A stretch of 57,952 nucleotides of DNA, the filler included, from Platydemus manokwari (Eukaryota): the NCBI GenBank assembly GCA_037951405.1. It is 5 parts of 5 records of this genome, joined end to end, with 100 filler letters (N's around TTAATTAATTAA, not from the genome) between each part and the next. Parts side by side here need not be neighbours in the genome. Positions count along the whole stretch, not along the records: positions 1 to 9,316 come from JBBMOY011266429.1; positions 9,417 to 24,650 come from JBBMOY011319204.1; 3 more parts are not named here. One strand, 5' to 3'. The notes under the pieces are model-generated. The model was not told the origin of the DNA, did no database searches, and was given only the letters and a program-made list of their open reading frames with translations. The translations under genes were made by a program, and so were the position numbers. Position 1 is the stretch's first letter, and the number at the start of each line of letters is the position of its first letter. Below, piece after piece: positions 1 through 14,313 of the stretch.

Positions 1-2205
1 GTACTCATGCTTTCGATTGGGTTGTGTAATCTGAAAGAGAAATTTACTCCAAGATAACGATAGTGCTCCTTTGTTGTTGTTATTATTATTTTAATTCTTC
101 CTATTTTAACCATATTAACTTATCCAGAAAGAAGAATATATAATAGAAGATATGTTGTAGGTATACATCAATATATAAAAATTAGCTTTGTTACGTAATA
201 CCAAGGACAGATAAAAATAAAAATTTCATGCACATAAATTAGTTTATGGCACATTTGAATATTGGAAAATGCCTTTTTCTTCAGAACCTTTATATATATT
301 TATATACCAATTGCAAAATAAGGGACAAAATAAAATAATAATTAATTATTGTTAGAAACAATAACCAGATTTTCACGTAATTTTGATAGGGACTATTGTT
401 CCAATTATTATTTATTTAGCTACAAGAGCCCTTGTTGTTGAATAACTTCTTTGCCGACAATAAATCGGTAAATCCTTAATCAACCTCAATATCAACGTGA
501 ACTCAATATTTATAGAAACTACTTTGTCGTACTTACAAATCAACTGATTAATAGATGGTGCATTCATAATCCAATTAAAGTAGTGATAATAACGAACTAA
601 ATTGTTTTAGAAAAAATATCAAAGTTACCACAAAAAAGAGAAAAACAAAAAAGGAAAAACTAAAACAATGTTTGATAATTACTGCCAGATCTCTAAAATA
701 AAACTTTATAAAATGACAAAAGAAATCATAAATATAATACATAATACACCATAGATTTTTGGCGTAACTTAAGTCAAAGACATATTATAACGGCTCAAAC
801 CGCAAAGAGTATGTGATATTGAAGATCAGAATAGTCATTGTTGGGAGTCTGGGTGGAAAATAAAATAATAATTATACGTATGCAGACAACGATAAACATT
901 ATTTCGCGACAATGTTCTTATAGCATGAATTATCAATATATAACAGTAGCAAAAATGTTATAAATGTTTAAAAGTCATCAGAATAACTTGAGATTATTTT
1001 ATATTGTTGTATAAAAGCAGTGCTGCAAAAATATGCTATATTAATTATTATCAGCAATAATTTTATGGTAAAAGTGTTCTTAATTTGTCTTTATTTTTTA
1101 TGATATTAAAAATAAAAAAGGCTTGATAAAAAATAAATGAAACCATAAATTACTAAAAAACTCAGCAATATAAAAATGTTTTCAATTAAATAAAAAATAA
1201 CAAGAATAATCTAAAGAGGTTAAGTCACTAAATAAAATCCCATAATAACCATGAAAAAATCAAAACATTTTCCAATGTCAAAAGAAAAAGTTGTGTTATC
1301 ATAAATATTGCTATGATAAATAAGGCAATTGACATCGAAGGTATTTATTATGAAGTCAATAGAAATAGAAAGAACAGATGTGATATTCCACTTAAATTAA
1401 AGAGGTAAAAACATCTGAATATATCTACCTATTTAATTTGAAATACAATAATGGTTTAATAATACTTATTTAAGAAAACGAATAGTCGAATAACTGCAAC
1501 AAAAACAACAAAAATATTGTCAAAATACTTAGTCCACCGTGCAAGTAGTTAACTACGGACCATTCACAGTAGTGGTATTGGAAAGTATTCAAATGGAAAT
1601 ATAATATAAGTTTGAAATTGCTTTTAAATAGCGATTAATTTATTTTACAGAATAATAGTCCAACGATTAAACAAAAGTTGCGTTAATGTAATAACTAAAA
1701 TGGTTACTAGCGCTCTCTTAAAAAATCTCACAATATCCTGAGGCCTGGATAAATTTCGCTTTGAAAGGTTTGAGATAATTTAATAGCTAAAGTAGGGTAT
1801 CTTAGTAAATTAGAACTAAGTAAATAACACAAAATCATTAACAATAGCTTTCGAAATGTGTAAATAAAATTCTGATTTAATAACTTAAACATAATTTTAT
1901 TTAATAACATGAATAAAAACGCCAAAATTAATCGAATATTTTCAAATATTTAATCAGAGGATATATAATTTAAGAGCATATATGCAAAGAAACTAAAGGA
2001 ATTCTCATTGGTAGCATAAAGAATATTTTTATTTAATAAATGTTCATTAAATATAACAATTAAATTTGAATTAAAAATATACTTTAAATTTAAAAATATA
2101 ACAATTGTTTTAATACTACAAATTAAAATATATAAAAGTGTAAATATAAATATTTGTGGATAAATAAGACTTCTAATTATAAACCTAATTATTTAATTTT
2201 TCTAA

Positions 2206-2875
2206 ATGACTACTGAGGTATCATTTTAATTTAATTATGCTTATTAGTTTAGTCAATTTTAAATTAGGTACCTTCATCTAAATTGGATCCTGGAAGTAAA
2301 TATAAATATTTATGAACTATTTAATTAAAAAATGTAGCTAACAATGTTGCAGATAATTCCATTGCTGCACCACCAGAGGATATTTCCGATGAAGAAATTT
2401 TTGATAATTCTAATAGAATAATACCTTATAAGAAAGTTAACGAAAATACGTCTGCAGGAAGATTGCGTATTATATCATTTATATATCATAATATTAAATG
2501 CTGTTTTAATCTTAGAAATGAGAGTACCAGATGCACCCGATAACTTGATAGAATTGATTTATAGGAAAAAGTGTGTAGAATGTAGTGCCATTCTAACCAC
2601 TATTTCAAGTGCATTAATGCATTATAATAGTGTTAAGCATCAAAATAAAATAGCTTTAAAATTCTTACCGCATGGTACCTATAATTTGCCATTATCAAAG
2701 GAAGAGATACGCGAAATTGAGACCGGTGTCTGCAAATCCGGTGATCAGAATGCACCCGGAGTTACACCACCGAAAATATCAAAAGTACCTTTTCGCGAAC
2801 TTGTTAAGGTACTGATATATAATTATACTTAATTGGTACTGCACATTTTATAAATCTGATTGTTTTCAGATCTGA
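2206..2875 (+). CDS. Small (155 aa) protein with one U1/matrin-type C2H2 zinc finger; 5 exons
   Basis: Exons 2206-2217, 2268-2295, 2338-2466, 2516-2808, 2870-2875 joined by GT-AG introns of 50, 42, 49 and 61 nt give one open frame (468 nt): MTTEVPSSKLDPGTNN...KKCVECSAILTTISSALMHYNSVKHQNK...ELVKI*. C-x2-C-x12-H-x5-H spacing with HY.S.KH is the matrin/U1C-like finger pattern. Confidence 0.7.
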
Positions 2876-3667
2876 TATATTAACAAGGGGTCATCATTGG
2901 TGGGGTTTTTGCAGTACCATTTTGAATAATTGCAAATTATCTCTAAGATGCACAAAAACGTTCGATTATTAAATTGATTTAAATTTGTTAATTGATTAAT
3001 TAAATGATTGTCATTTATTTACTAAAACAAATGTTTCAAGTTTTAATATACAACATAATTTTAATGTTTTATGGTGATAAATGTTTTATCATTGGTATGG
3101 TAACGCATTGTTTAGAAGGTTGTGGTTGATATTGGTTTTAAATTAAATAATATTTTCCGTGATGAAATTTTGAATGATTGTGTTAAACAATTACAAGTTT
3201 TTATCAATGAAACGTTGGGTAGGTTGCTTGAAAAAACCGTGTTTTGTGCAATGGTGATGTTAATATTAAAAGGAGATTTATTTTAAGAAAAATGATTTAA
3301 TAAATACGATGCGACTTAACCCAGGAACCTAACTTCTATGTAATAGGGTGGGTAACTGTATTAAAAATGTTTTATTACAGCTTTAGTTATTATATTTCTT
3401 AATGAATGCAAGGCAGTTAAGGTAATTGCTTCTTAAATTGCAACGAAAGGAAATTTTTGAACATTAGAAGTTTGGTTGTTTTAAAATGAGTGTTTATTAT
3501 TGTAGTTTTTTTGACTAAAATTCTTAATTTGATTTATCTATTAACAATTTTGTTATTCTTAATTATCTGTGGTGCCAAATTATAATTATTATTGCCTAAA
3601 TTATTGGCAATATTTGGGCACTTAATAATATTCCCTCGATTACTAGAATTATATTTATATATAACAT

Positions 3668-4136
3668 TGTTGAGTGAGATGAAATTTTGCAACAGAAAAA
3701 CAGATTTGCACATTGGAACCCTTTTTTAAGTACTTAAAATATCTCTATGCCTACACAACTTTACAGGCATGGCAATCAAACAGTCTCAGCTGACTTAGAA
3801 AACAATAATTTGAAAAAGGAATAAAGTCACACAACAATATAGACAGCGATTGACCAATCCCACACAAAATTTTAACCTATAATGATGAAGAAATTATCAT
3901 GGCGTATGAAAATCACATAAAAATTCAACAGTTCAAAAAATTAGCAACACAAAGTTGAGATCAAAGCGTATTGAATGAGTAAATTCAGAGAAATCATCAA
4001 CATTATTCAAATTTCATCTACGAGCAGCACAGAACCGACAATAAGTAAATTTTATTTTCATAATTGTGTAGCAAGACTTGCAAGTAGAGTACTGCTTTTA
4101 AATTGAGTGGTCAGTTATAGAACCAACCATTTGACA
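3668..4136 (+). mobile_element. Solo LTR (diverged), same family as 56827-57295
   Basis: Starts TGTTGAGTGAGATGAAAT, identical to the start of the minus-strand LTR at 57295. Shared blocks ATGCCTACAC, TACAGGCAT.GCAATC and GATTGACCAATCCCA. The 3' end (..GACA at 4136, flanks ACAT/ACTT) is tentative. Confidence 0.65.
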
Positions 4137-6362
4137 ACTTCAATAAAATCAAATTTTCTCTACCTTCTTATTGCTTCACAGTTTGATAGCATAAGTTCCT
4201 AATATAGATTGTTTATCATTTTCAAGATACAACAGCTTCACATTTAAAAAATTAAATATCATATATTTTTTAGTATTAATTAATAAATTTTGAAAATATT
4301 GATTATTCTAATATTCGTGTCAATATTAGTGGAATTATTTCAACTATACATTAGGCTTTTAGTGACAGTACTAAATTACCATTCAAATTATATCGAGGAA
4401 TTATTGTAATTAATTTGAATCACTTGTAATCATCGATTTAAATTCTATCAAAAGCTCCGAAATCGAAATGAATTCCAATTTGCAAACAAAAAATATAAAT
4501 GATTTTAATTTATCAATGCTAAATTTCATTCAATACAAATAATCACCTGGAATTAACAGTAAAATTTTAGCCAGTGCAGAAACAGAGCTTGATTCAATTT
4601 CCATAATTTTTTCAACACAATACTCGGAAGACAACATTTAACGAATTTTGGAAATCATGAATTTTGACGTGAATTGAGAGTTACGATACTGTAAGATAAT
4701 CAGTAATTATTTGACTAGAATTTATTGAATCGTTTATGCATTCTGAGAGGATGTTACAGGTAGAACACTATCAAAACCTAGTGAAAAACCTAGCTATGTT
4801 AAAAAGTATTAATTATTTTTATTTTCTATAAATTTAACGATTTGCCTGTTAGGCATGTTGAATTACATGTCTTAAAATTACACAAAATTGTGAGGTCTCG
4901 ACCTGGGATCCGGGATGGTATCCTAATATTTTGCGGTTCGATAAAACTCGACATTATGAATAATGTGATTTGTTAACGATCAACTATGTGTATGTTTCAA
5001 TTATGCTATTTTTCCTTATTGTATAAAGGGGTAACATTATTCTATACTAATATTTTATTGTTTGATTATAAGCGTATTGAGAAAGAAACAACAAAAATAA
5101 AATTGTAAATTATCGAATATTTGAAATAATCAATGCTACTTATTTCATTAATTATTTACTTTAATATTATTACTTTCATTATTAATATATGTGAAGGCTT
5201 CTCAGTAAATGACACGAACTAGAAAATCAACAATTCCCTAAAAATCACATGTAGCGCTAAATAAAATCCATTAAGAAGAGTAGAATTAAATCGACCATAA
5301 AATACAATGAAATAATTCTTCCAAAAACTTTAATAGAAACTTAAAATATACTTAACCAATATTCAAAAGAAATTGAAGAAATAAATTATTTCTAGATCGA
5401 AAACAATCACCCTGGCTAGCGAAGTGTAAAAGGAACTAAAAAACAATAACTGGTCCAATCTAGAAACTACTAATACCTAGTTTTAGAAATTACCCGATTT
5501 AAAAGTCGATTCTTGATATCAAAGCCAGTAAACATGTATGGAAAGTCGAATTGAAGTGCCATAGAAGATGAACTTCATATATCTACCAGATATTAGGTGT
5601 ATATTACATAATTTGCTGGAAGAAAAAATTATATCAAAGAAAAATAACCCTAAGCTTGCAATAGGCTTTATTTATTATATAAATCTATATAATTACATAT
5701 GCAAACTCACGTATATTTTATATTTTCAAAATTTAAGAATCATAAATAACTGTAGAAACATTTTCCAGACTGATAACAATATACAGCGCAAATTAATACT
5801 ATTGCCATTCCCTTAATTTCGAACAACTAGTGTTGGTCCAATACACTTGGGTCTTATACAGAACTCAAAGAGACTGATCGAGACAGATGTAATTCCGATT
5901 GGAGTAATCACAGCGATAACGAAATTTAAGGGCCAAAGTATCATTTGTAAACTCTACATTTTAACCTTTCCAATTTTTGTTAAAATTTTGAATCAATCTG
6001 AGCTATTAGTTTATATAAGATTGTATCTTAGGCCTTTAATACTCAGATTTTTTTTTAAAAAATGTAGAAAATTCTATAAGAATTCACTGTAATTTTAACG
6101 CACGATCATGAGTTTGAATTTTAATATTTTTAATGATGTCCCCAATTTCAAAGTTGTTATGATTTAAATAATTTCATTAAATTGATTTAGTAAATGTAAA
6201 CATTTTTAATTCAAAATTTCATTAAAATAATTTAATGATTAACTTATTTTTAAAATAAATCTCTCTATAACTATAAATATCTTTATTATAAATATTATGT
6301 TTTATTAATGTATTTGTTTTAAATATAAACAATTTCATAAATAGATTTTTGAAACCTTTCGT

Positions 6363-7548
6363 ATGGGTAATATACATACTGTGGGTCCAAACGAAGCGTT
6401 GGCAATATCCGGTATATTCTTAATTATCAAATAAAAATTATGTGACAGTTTTTTATGTAATTATGTTTGTGTTTCTGTTTATGTATTTTTAAGTAGTGAA
6501 CTTTAATTTATTTAACAATTTTGTTCATAACTTCGCTGGCAATTTATGCTAACACTCTTCACTGAACTTCCAAGGTATTTCTTTTAATTCTATGATAATT
6601 TTTTTAAAGGCAACTGTAATTGAATGGAAGTAATTTAGAATCTATAGTGCATTGTAATTGTTCAAGTATTATGTTAATATGTTTTCATTTTGATATACTT
6701 TGTATATGTTTTAAAACGTCTCAAACGTGTTATCAATTTGTGGAATTTTTAATTGATTTTAATTAAAAAGAATATATTTATTAATTTGGCATTTTACATA
6801 AAGCTTAAATATTAAAAGAAATTTAATTTAATGAAGGAAAGTATTATGTAATTGTCTTTATACATATTTATTCAAAACTAAATTCTTACTTTCATTTTTA
6901 TTAATTCTTTTGATGGAAGGCCTATGTAATATCTGACGATTCCAACAGGTAATTCATTAATAAGCAAGTTTCGTGGTGCTTTCTACTCATCAGTATTAAA
7001 TAGAATTTATCATTTAGTAATTATGTCATTGATTGACTTGTTTCCCCCAAATTTTAACTCAGTTTTTTTATCACGACCAACCCTTGTTGAGTACCAATTG
7101 TATTTTTGCTCTAACATGTCTCTAACAGCCTGGATCAATAGAATCCTATACACAAAATGGTTATAAATGATAGTTATTTTAATCATTCATTAGACGTACT
7201 GTTTAGTGAGATAAATTAGATTGTAATTAATCACCAAATCAAGTTACAACGTTTCATACTATTTTTAAAGAGCATTTTACGAAGTTACTATTTCGGTGGC
7301 AATGAATAATTTTTGACTTGATCAATTCAGGCGGCTGTTGTGGAACGGGTTCGATGAGAACGATAATCGGTGGTTGGGGTTGGGCCTGGTGGTTAGTTAG
7401 CCAAGTTCAAAAGTATTGGAATGCATTTGATTTGTTTGATTGTTGATCGTTTTCATTTCCAAATGCAGAATTTCTCTCGAAGTTATGACGTTGAATCCGA
7501 CCTGTGAACACGTAGAAACGAAAGAGGGAGTTCCGTTAACAGTAACTG
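6363..7548 (+). CDS. FLOT2: Flotillin-2 (SPFH domain), first three exons only; remainder not found before the contig break
   Basis: Exons 6363-6411, 7331-7412, 7469-7548 read MGNIHTVGPNEALAISGGCCGTGSMRTIIGGWGWAWWLVSQVQKISLEVMTLNPTCEHVETKEGVPLTVT(G). This is the flotillin-2 N-terminus with the myristoylation Gly2 and the GGCCG palmitoylation motif. Confidence 0.92.
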
Positions 7549-8559
7549 GTGATTATTATTTTTTTTATCTATCAATAAAACTGTTCACAATTATAAATAA
7601 TAAAGCAATATTGATTAATTTGTTAACGTAATTGATTTGTTCTATAAATGGGATTTATTTTTCAAACATATTTAAGCGTTCCCGATTATCCATCCGAGTA
7701 ATTTCTCTCACGATTGAGCATTGTGGTAATACTTTGGGTGAGGTGGGGATATTTTTCCAACAATAAATAAATAAAGGGGATTATGTAATTGTTCAATTTA
7801 TAAAGAAAATTTGATATTTGTATGTGTTGAAAATATATATAGATTAATAATGACGAGTATTTGTTGGAAAATGCATCAAAACCCATGTTCTATTGTTATT
7901 TATGCAAATAAAATGGGATGAGAACGTTGGGAGAAATGTTGAGAGGAATGTTGGCAGACTAAAAAATAAAATTGAAATGTTTTTTCTAAACAGAATTGTA
8001 GCGTTTTCACCACATATTTTTGCACATTTATATCCAATACGTGCAATTCACTCCTATTTTTATATTGATATATTTCTGGTTATCTAGAGTTGATAACGAC
8101 GATCTGGAAAGCAGGAATAGAAGCTCTATGATTTTACTGTGCCCAATGGTGCTTTATATTTAATAATACACAGAAAAATATTTAGCTTGTTGTTCAGAGA
8201 TTTGATTGAAATGTTAATTATGACAACTATAATCATTCATCCTCACAGATGTGTGTTTCGCTTCAATTTGCGTCTCAGTACACAATATCCCATTTATCTC
8301 AGCGCGTTGAAATTAGAAAATTCAAACAAAATATTTGATATTTGCAAGAGATAAAAATTGATGATAGTAATATTACAAATGTTACTAATGATGATGATGA
8401 TATATAAAAATAGAATAATATTTCTAACAATATTAATTACTGTTTGGCCCCTGGGATTTTTCTGTCTGAAATATTGAAAATATATCATTTTTAATAGTCA
8501 TATTTATTCAACAATATTTAATAAGATATCCAATCCATCTTTTTATAATTCATCCATCA

Positions 8560-8827
8560 ACATGTTGGAACCCATTGTAATAGCATTTTGATTTTATCAT
8601 CACTATTTCGTTCATAAAAATAAAATATAACTACTCATATTTATTATATTGATTCTGACATAAAACATTAAATCTTGGCTCTATTTCGGTGATGGCTGGT
8701 CTCGATACTAATTCCAGATCGTTAAAATTCTATCGATATTTTGGCTTAATATAAATCAACGTCACAAATGAAATTTCTCGCTAGCTACAACCAATTTTTA
8801 GCGACCCACTGATTTAAAGAATAATGG
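8560..8827 (+). mobile_element. Degenerate copy of the hAT-like MITE at 16828-17136
   Basis: Shares TAAAACAT...CTCTATTT.GGTGATGGCTGGTCTC..TACTAATTCCAGATC, AAATGAAATTTCTCGC and GACCCACTG...TTTAAAGAA with 16990-17136. Boundaries are approximate. Confidence 0.6.
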
Positions 8828-9316
8828 ATTGTAGTTGTTCTAAATAAATTCTCAATGTTTTACTGTGTGTCTGTTATTAATTATAAAATATAATCAATTT
8901 AATAATATTCAAAATATTTATTATCAATATTGACAGGGCATGATGTTGATGGTTCGATTTAATTGATGTGTTTATCGATTAATTAAAATAAAATATTAAA
9001 TGTGACTGTGTGTTATTTATGAGTTGAAAATAAATGATTTTTTTATGATTCCCAACATTTTTAATGTTTTATTTGCTGGAAATAATTTTAAAAATTAATT
9101 TAACAGTTTATAAGGCATATTTTTTATACATTTTTCAATTCAATCTTTTGAATACAAATCAAAAATTTTCTGTTATTTTTACATTTGGATGGAAAATCTA
9201 ATTTATATATCAGTATTGATTATGAAACAATCGATATTATATTATTTTATATTGGATATTCTTATGATAATTAATCTGTGAATTATTTGATGGAAATAAA
9301 TATTTATTGATTGAAT

Positions 9317-9416
9317 NNNNNNNNNNNNNNNNNNNNNNNNNNNNNNNNNNNNNNNNNNNNTTAATTAATTAANNNNNNNNNNNNNNNNNNNNNNNNNNNN
9401 NNNNNNNNNNNNNNNN
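9317..9416. other. Artificial assembly linker (N44-TTAATTAATTAA-N44)
   Basis: Exactly 100 nt; the central 12-mer carries stop codons in all six frames; identical at four places in the window. Confidence 0.95.
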
Positions 9417-12400
9417 GTATATTGTATTCCCCCCAATAATATTCAAAAATGGTAGAATAGAAGAAATAGACAATAAAAAACCAATTAGAATAAAGTGCAT
9501 ATTTAGGACCTCTGCATTTATATTGTTGGGATTTAAAATGATGATACAATAGGATTCAAATCAACAAGTAATACCCGATGATTGAAATTTTTTTAATTAT
9601 GAAAGTATGCTGTTTCCTCCAAGCACCTGACTCAATAGAAAATTAGGTGAGTGTAATAACGATACATAACGATTTAAATAAATATAACAATATGATATTT
9701 CTAAAATGTTTATTTAATAATAGCAGATATACAATAATGATTTTAAAAGTAAAGCAACATGTCCATAAGAATTTGAAACAATCGGCGAAGAGTCTAAGTG
9801 GCACCGAATGAAAACTATGGGAAATAATTGATTTTATTGGTCTAAAACTGCTTTCGACTTTGTAGAATAATGGGTAATATTTTTCAACTAATCCCTTGAC
9901 GGAGATAGATGAAAAAGCAATGATGCATACTGTAAATAATAAAATTACCATGTTCTAAATTTAATCCTGATGAATGAATAATGAAAATATTTCCGAAATG
10001 GCAGATTATAATTCCAACTGAATAATCTCCAGATAATGAGTGTATTCACTGACGAGCAAATAAGCCGATGATTTCGATATGCGAAATTTTTTGTCTGAAT
10101 TTCTTGCTGTCAGCTTATATAGTTAAAAGTGAAAATTCACAAAGAGAAATAAATAAAGGTAATGTAGGAAAAACCATTCGAAGAGCACCAGCATCATAAA
10201 AATATCAACCAAACAAAATGAATCGCTAAATTATGGGATAAATGAACAATGTATTGGTTTTTAGCATGGTAGTAGTTAGTTTTTGGATTGTTTTTCGGTT
10301 TAAATGGCTTACCTGACTCCAAATGTTGGTTGCATTTATATTGTAAAAATGATTTTAAAATCGATATAACACGAGATAAGTGATAACAATATAAACCTGA
10401 GCAGATGTAATTTACAGCAACAAATAAACATGAATACAATAAAACGTTTGTGCAATGCTTTTAGCTTCATACTTTTTATTAAAAACCCAGCATATGAAAT
10501 GTTATCTCACTCAACTGGTTAAATAAGATTGGCTTTTTGGTAGCTATCAGCACAATTAATTAAACTTATAAAAAAGAAATGGCAAACGAAGCTGGTACTT
10601 AATATGAGAAGTATTGAATTTATTTCTCTGATTGATATGTGACGTTTTATTAGATATAATATTTTGGAAAAATAAATCTCGGTCGGAAGTGTCGTCGAGA
10701 GTTCTCCATTCATTGGGATGTCTCTCTAAAATGATTATTTAAATTATTTTGACTATCGTAAAATTAAATAGTCAATATTTCTTCCGCCGGATAAGCCGGA
10801 AATAGGACCGCAGGTATTTGCTTGGAGAGTAGGGTTATTATTACATGACTGGTAATATTTGTGTTGATATTAAGCACACCCATGTGTCGATCCTCTGACT
10901 TTGTTCCGTGTTCTAATCTATAGAGAGAATCCCTAATAACATTTTCTTCATTTCTTGCTGAATATCGTCTATGATATTTAACATGTGATTGATCACATCA
11001 TTTTCCATTGGAGAGATCTATCTTTGGAATAGTAAAGCAGGTGTACATAGAAGCCGAATTAATGTCAAATTTATTATATAAGGTTATGAACGCAGGGAAT
11101 CTGTGGAAGATCTTGTAACAGACATTGCTGTTTACATTGATAGGTAAGTATTGATCACTGAAATATTTAGTAGCTAGAAATAATTAATTTTCATAATCAC
11201 GATAGTCATATTTCTTTGTTGACCTGCAGATGTCAGCATTACTTAATAACTTTCATTATTTATAATAGGATTTTATGTTTTCGTCTTTAGTCAAATTAAT
11301 ATGGTCATATGATTGACACATGATTTTGCATGTATCTATTTGATAATGAGTTTCAAATTCACTACCAAATATCAGGTTTTAATCGAAACTCGTGCAACTT
11401 CTACCGTTAAACATGCTCCAAAAGGTCATATAAAAAATTCAAATCATATTATCTAGCATATTTGAGCGCAAATATAACCGATAAAAATTTATGGAAGCTT
11501 TCAATGATTCATACCTATACTCATCGCTAAGAGCAGAACCATCTAGCTAGAAATGTTCATAGCCCACCTGAATATTTACAATTAATTTGAATTGTATATA
11601 CATTTTAATACATTTATAATATACCCATTCAGTCAGTGTTGATGCCAATATTATGACCTTGGGACGTCGGTGAAGTGATCTCACTTAATGGCGCACTAAA
11701 ATGAATGTATTAGTCCTCGGATGATTAATTAACCTCAATTATGAAATAGATTATAAAATATATGAAGTTGTTTGTTGATATTCAAAATACACTTTCAATA
11801 ATTAATTAATATTTGATTTATTTATTATTATTTAATTATTTAATTACAGTCGCAAATAACTTGGATTACAGATTACATCGAATGTGGATTAATTTAGAAT
11901 ACTACTAATAATTATTCATAAACATCGATATTCGAGATACCAATGCATTAAAATATGGGATGTTTAAGATTCTTTCTTTCGATCGATCGATCGATCGCAG
12001 TTCGATAGTTCAAACATTTCAATTCAACATTTCAGTCAATTCAGTCTCTGCCATTCAGTCGATTTTGTATTGGATATTCTCTTCCCCTATTTTTAAAGCT
12101 GTGTTTGTTGATGTTCTCTTTCCTATGTGGGACCTCTATTCGACTTTATGCAAACAAGAGCTATTTTATTTATCGTTTTCTTATTCATCCCTAATTTCTT
12201 TCGGACTGTATCGTTTGTCTGTGTTTGACAAGTTCCTAGAACCATTACAACAAAAGTAAAAAGTTCCAATGTTCAGTCGGGCCGCATTTTTATCGCATTC
12301 GAGAGGTCTGTGTATGTATTCTTTTGAACTGTTTTGGCCATTAAAGCAGGCTCGTCCATGGGCCATTTTATATTGACTAGAACGTGAATTTTCGATCTAG

Positions 12401-14313
12401 TATTAGTTGAAGAACCACTCTTAATTTGGATTCCATGAATCGACATTCTCTCTCTACAAAATCTCTGTAATCCGTATTGTTAACCATTTCCTTAGCCAAT
12501 ATATCCATGATTCTGTCTTATTAACTAATCATTATTTAATTATCACAAAAAATTAACAATCGATATTCAAAAATAAATAATTAATATTGATATCAATGAT
12601 AAAGATAAATATCGATAATGTATAACAATTAAATAGCAATAACTAGATTAATTATTGATGAAAAAATAACAAGTAAGTAAAAAATCAGGATTTTTAATGT
12701 TATTTATAAATTTATTTAGGATATTAATTTGGCTATAACAGTTATTGATAATGTTCCTACAGTGTCCTGTGAAAATATTCGCAGCAGACGTTGTTTTAAT
12801 TCACTTTTTGAAGACAACTAGATTGAACGTGCTATCATAGCTACTAGAGAGGCAAGATTTAAGGAAAGTATTTTTTATTAATTTAGTGAAATTTAATTAT
12901 TTTCATTGAATTGTATCTAAATTAAAGATTTTAGATGAATTTAAATTAGAAATAGAATCCTTATAGAATCATTAATCGATTGATAAATTAGGCTATATAA
13001 ATTGCATGTACCATCAGACTCATCTCCCATTCAACCATTTTTTAATGAGTCAAAATAATGCATGCCATATTATTTACTATTTTCTAACCAAGAAATGATA
13101 AAATTAGTAACAAAAGCAAAATTTTTTGATTTTTTTTAAAATTTTTCTTTAAAATTATTCTTTTATTTCTGATTTACTTTGCAAGGGATAATTTAATTCT
13201 ATTTAATTATGTCTGAGACTGCTGGACTATACAGAAGATACACTGTTGCAAATTTATCCTTCGATCACAACACCTTTCTGTCATTAAAATTCATATTAAT
13301 AAAAAGTTATATTTATTTGTTGCAGAATAATTGTTATATAATTAGTAGTTGTTCATTTAATTCGAAAGATATTTTTATTCTTCATTATTCTAGTATAAAT
13401 TTCAACATGTAACTTAAATAATTTAATAATTAAAATATTCAATTATTTTTTCTACTAAGATCAGAATATGATAAATCTCGACCAATAAAAACTACTAGCA
13501 ATTACAATTTAATTTATTATGGTCGATACATATTATTACTTGTATTTCTTTCGCAAACTCACCATAGCCTCATTCAGGTGATTAGACAAATAAAAGAAAA
13601 ATTAGCACTAAAAACAATGAACAAACAAATAAAATTCTAGCTAATTATCGACACCGTGTTCATAAAAAAATCCTAACATCATGGTTGAATTTCATTGATT
13701 GTTAAATGGTTTTAGCTTTATAAGATTGTTATGAACTGATTTATAAATAAAAATCTTCAATTTCTCAAGTGTTTGTGGTCACATGGTAGGGTGAAGAAAA
13801 CAATAGAAATCCTGGGAACCAATCAACTCCATTAACCGAAGTCAATCCAATAATAATTTTAAATACCATTTGAACATCTTTCACTGCAACAAAGTTTGTA
13901 TTGCTTTTAAAGAAATTCAACTATTCCACATCATAAACCAAATATATAAAAATATAATAATGTTAACTAAATCTTTTTGAAATTATTTCAAATGTCCTGA
14001 GAAAGAAAATGAAACGTCTTGTTATTTTTGCTAATTAGAAAAGGTAGAAAATAATTACTGTGTATACTCAAAGAATCTTAGAAATTTTGATATCTTATTA
14101 TTTCTCTTTTTAATTTGAGTTTGTTTTTAGTTATTTTACATTCTTACTATATAGTATTATTATTTTTCTATATAGTATTATTATTTATTAAAATTAGCTT
14201 CCTCATATATTTTAAGAAAATCAAATTAGAATTTTAAAAAAAATGTTAAACTGTGTTTTAATAATGTATTATATGAATTTAAGATCTTTGTATAAATATT
14301 AATACTTTATTCA

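Noticed and set aside
9361-9372. TTAATTAATTAA as a biological repeat, CRISPR-like unit or piggyBac site
   Set aside because: It is always centred in exactly 44+44 Ns, so it is an assembly spacer.
10980-11150. Exon-like segment (..YERRESVEDLVTDIAVYID|GTAAG)
   Set aside because: Flanking frames contain stops and no family is recognisable.
1728-13412. Short Ile/Leu/Phe/Asn-rich ORFs in the track (1728, 5568, 5847, 7686-8488, 9643-10713, 11960-13412; likewise 38064, 44227, 49417 and 54459 onward)
   Set aside because: Their composition is what random AT-rich DNA yields; many start at non-ATG codons; no motifs or splice support.
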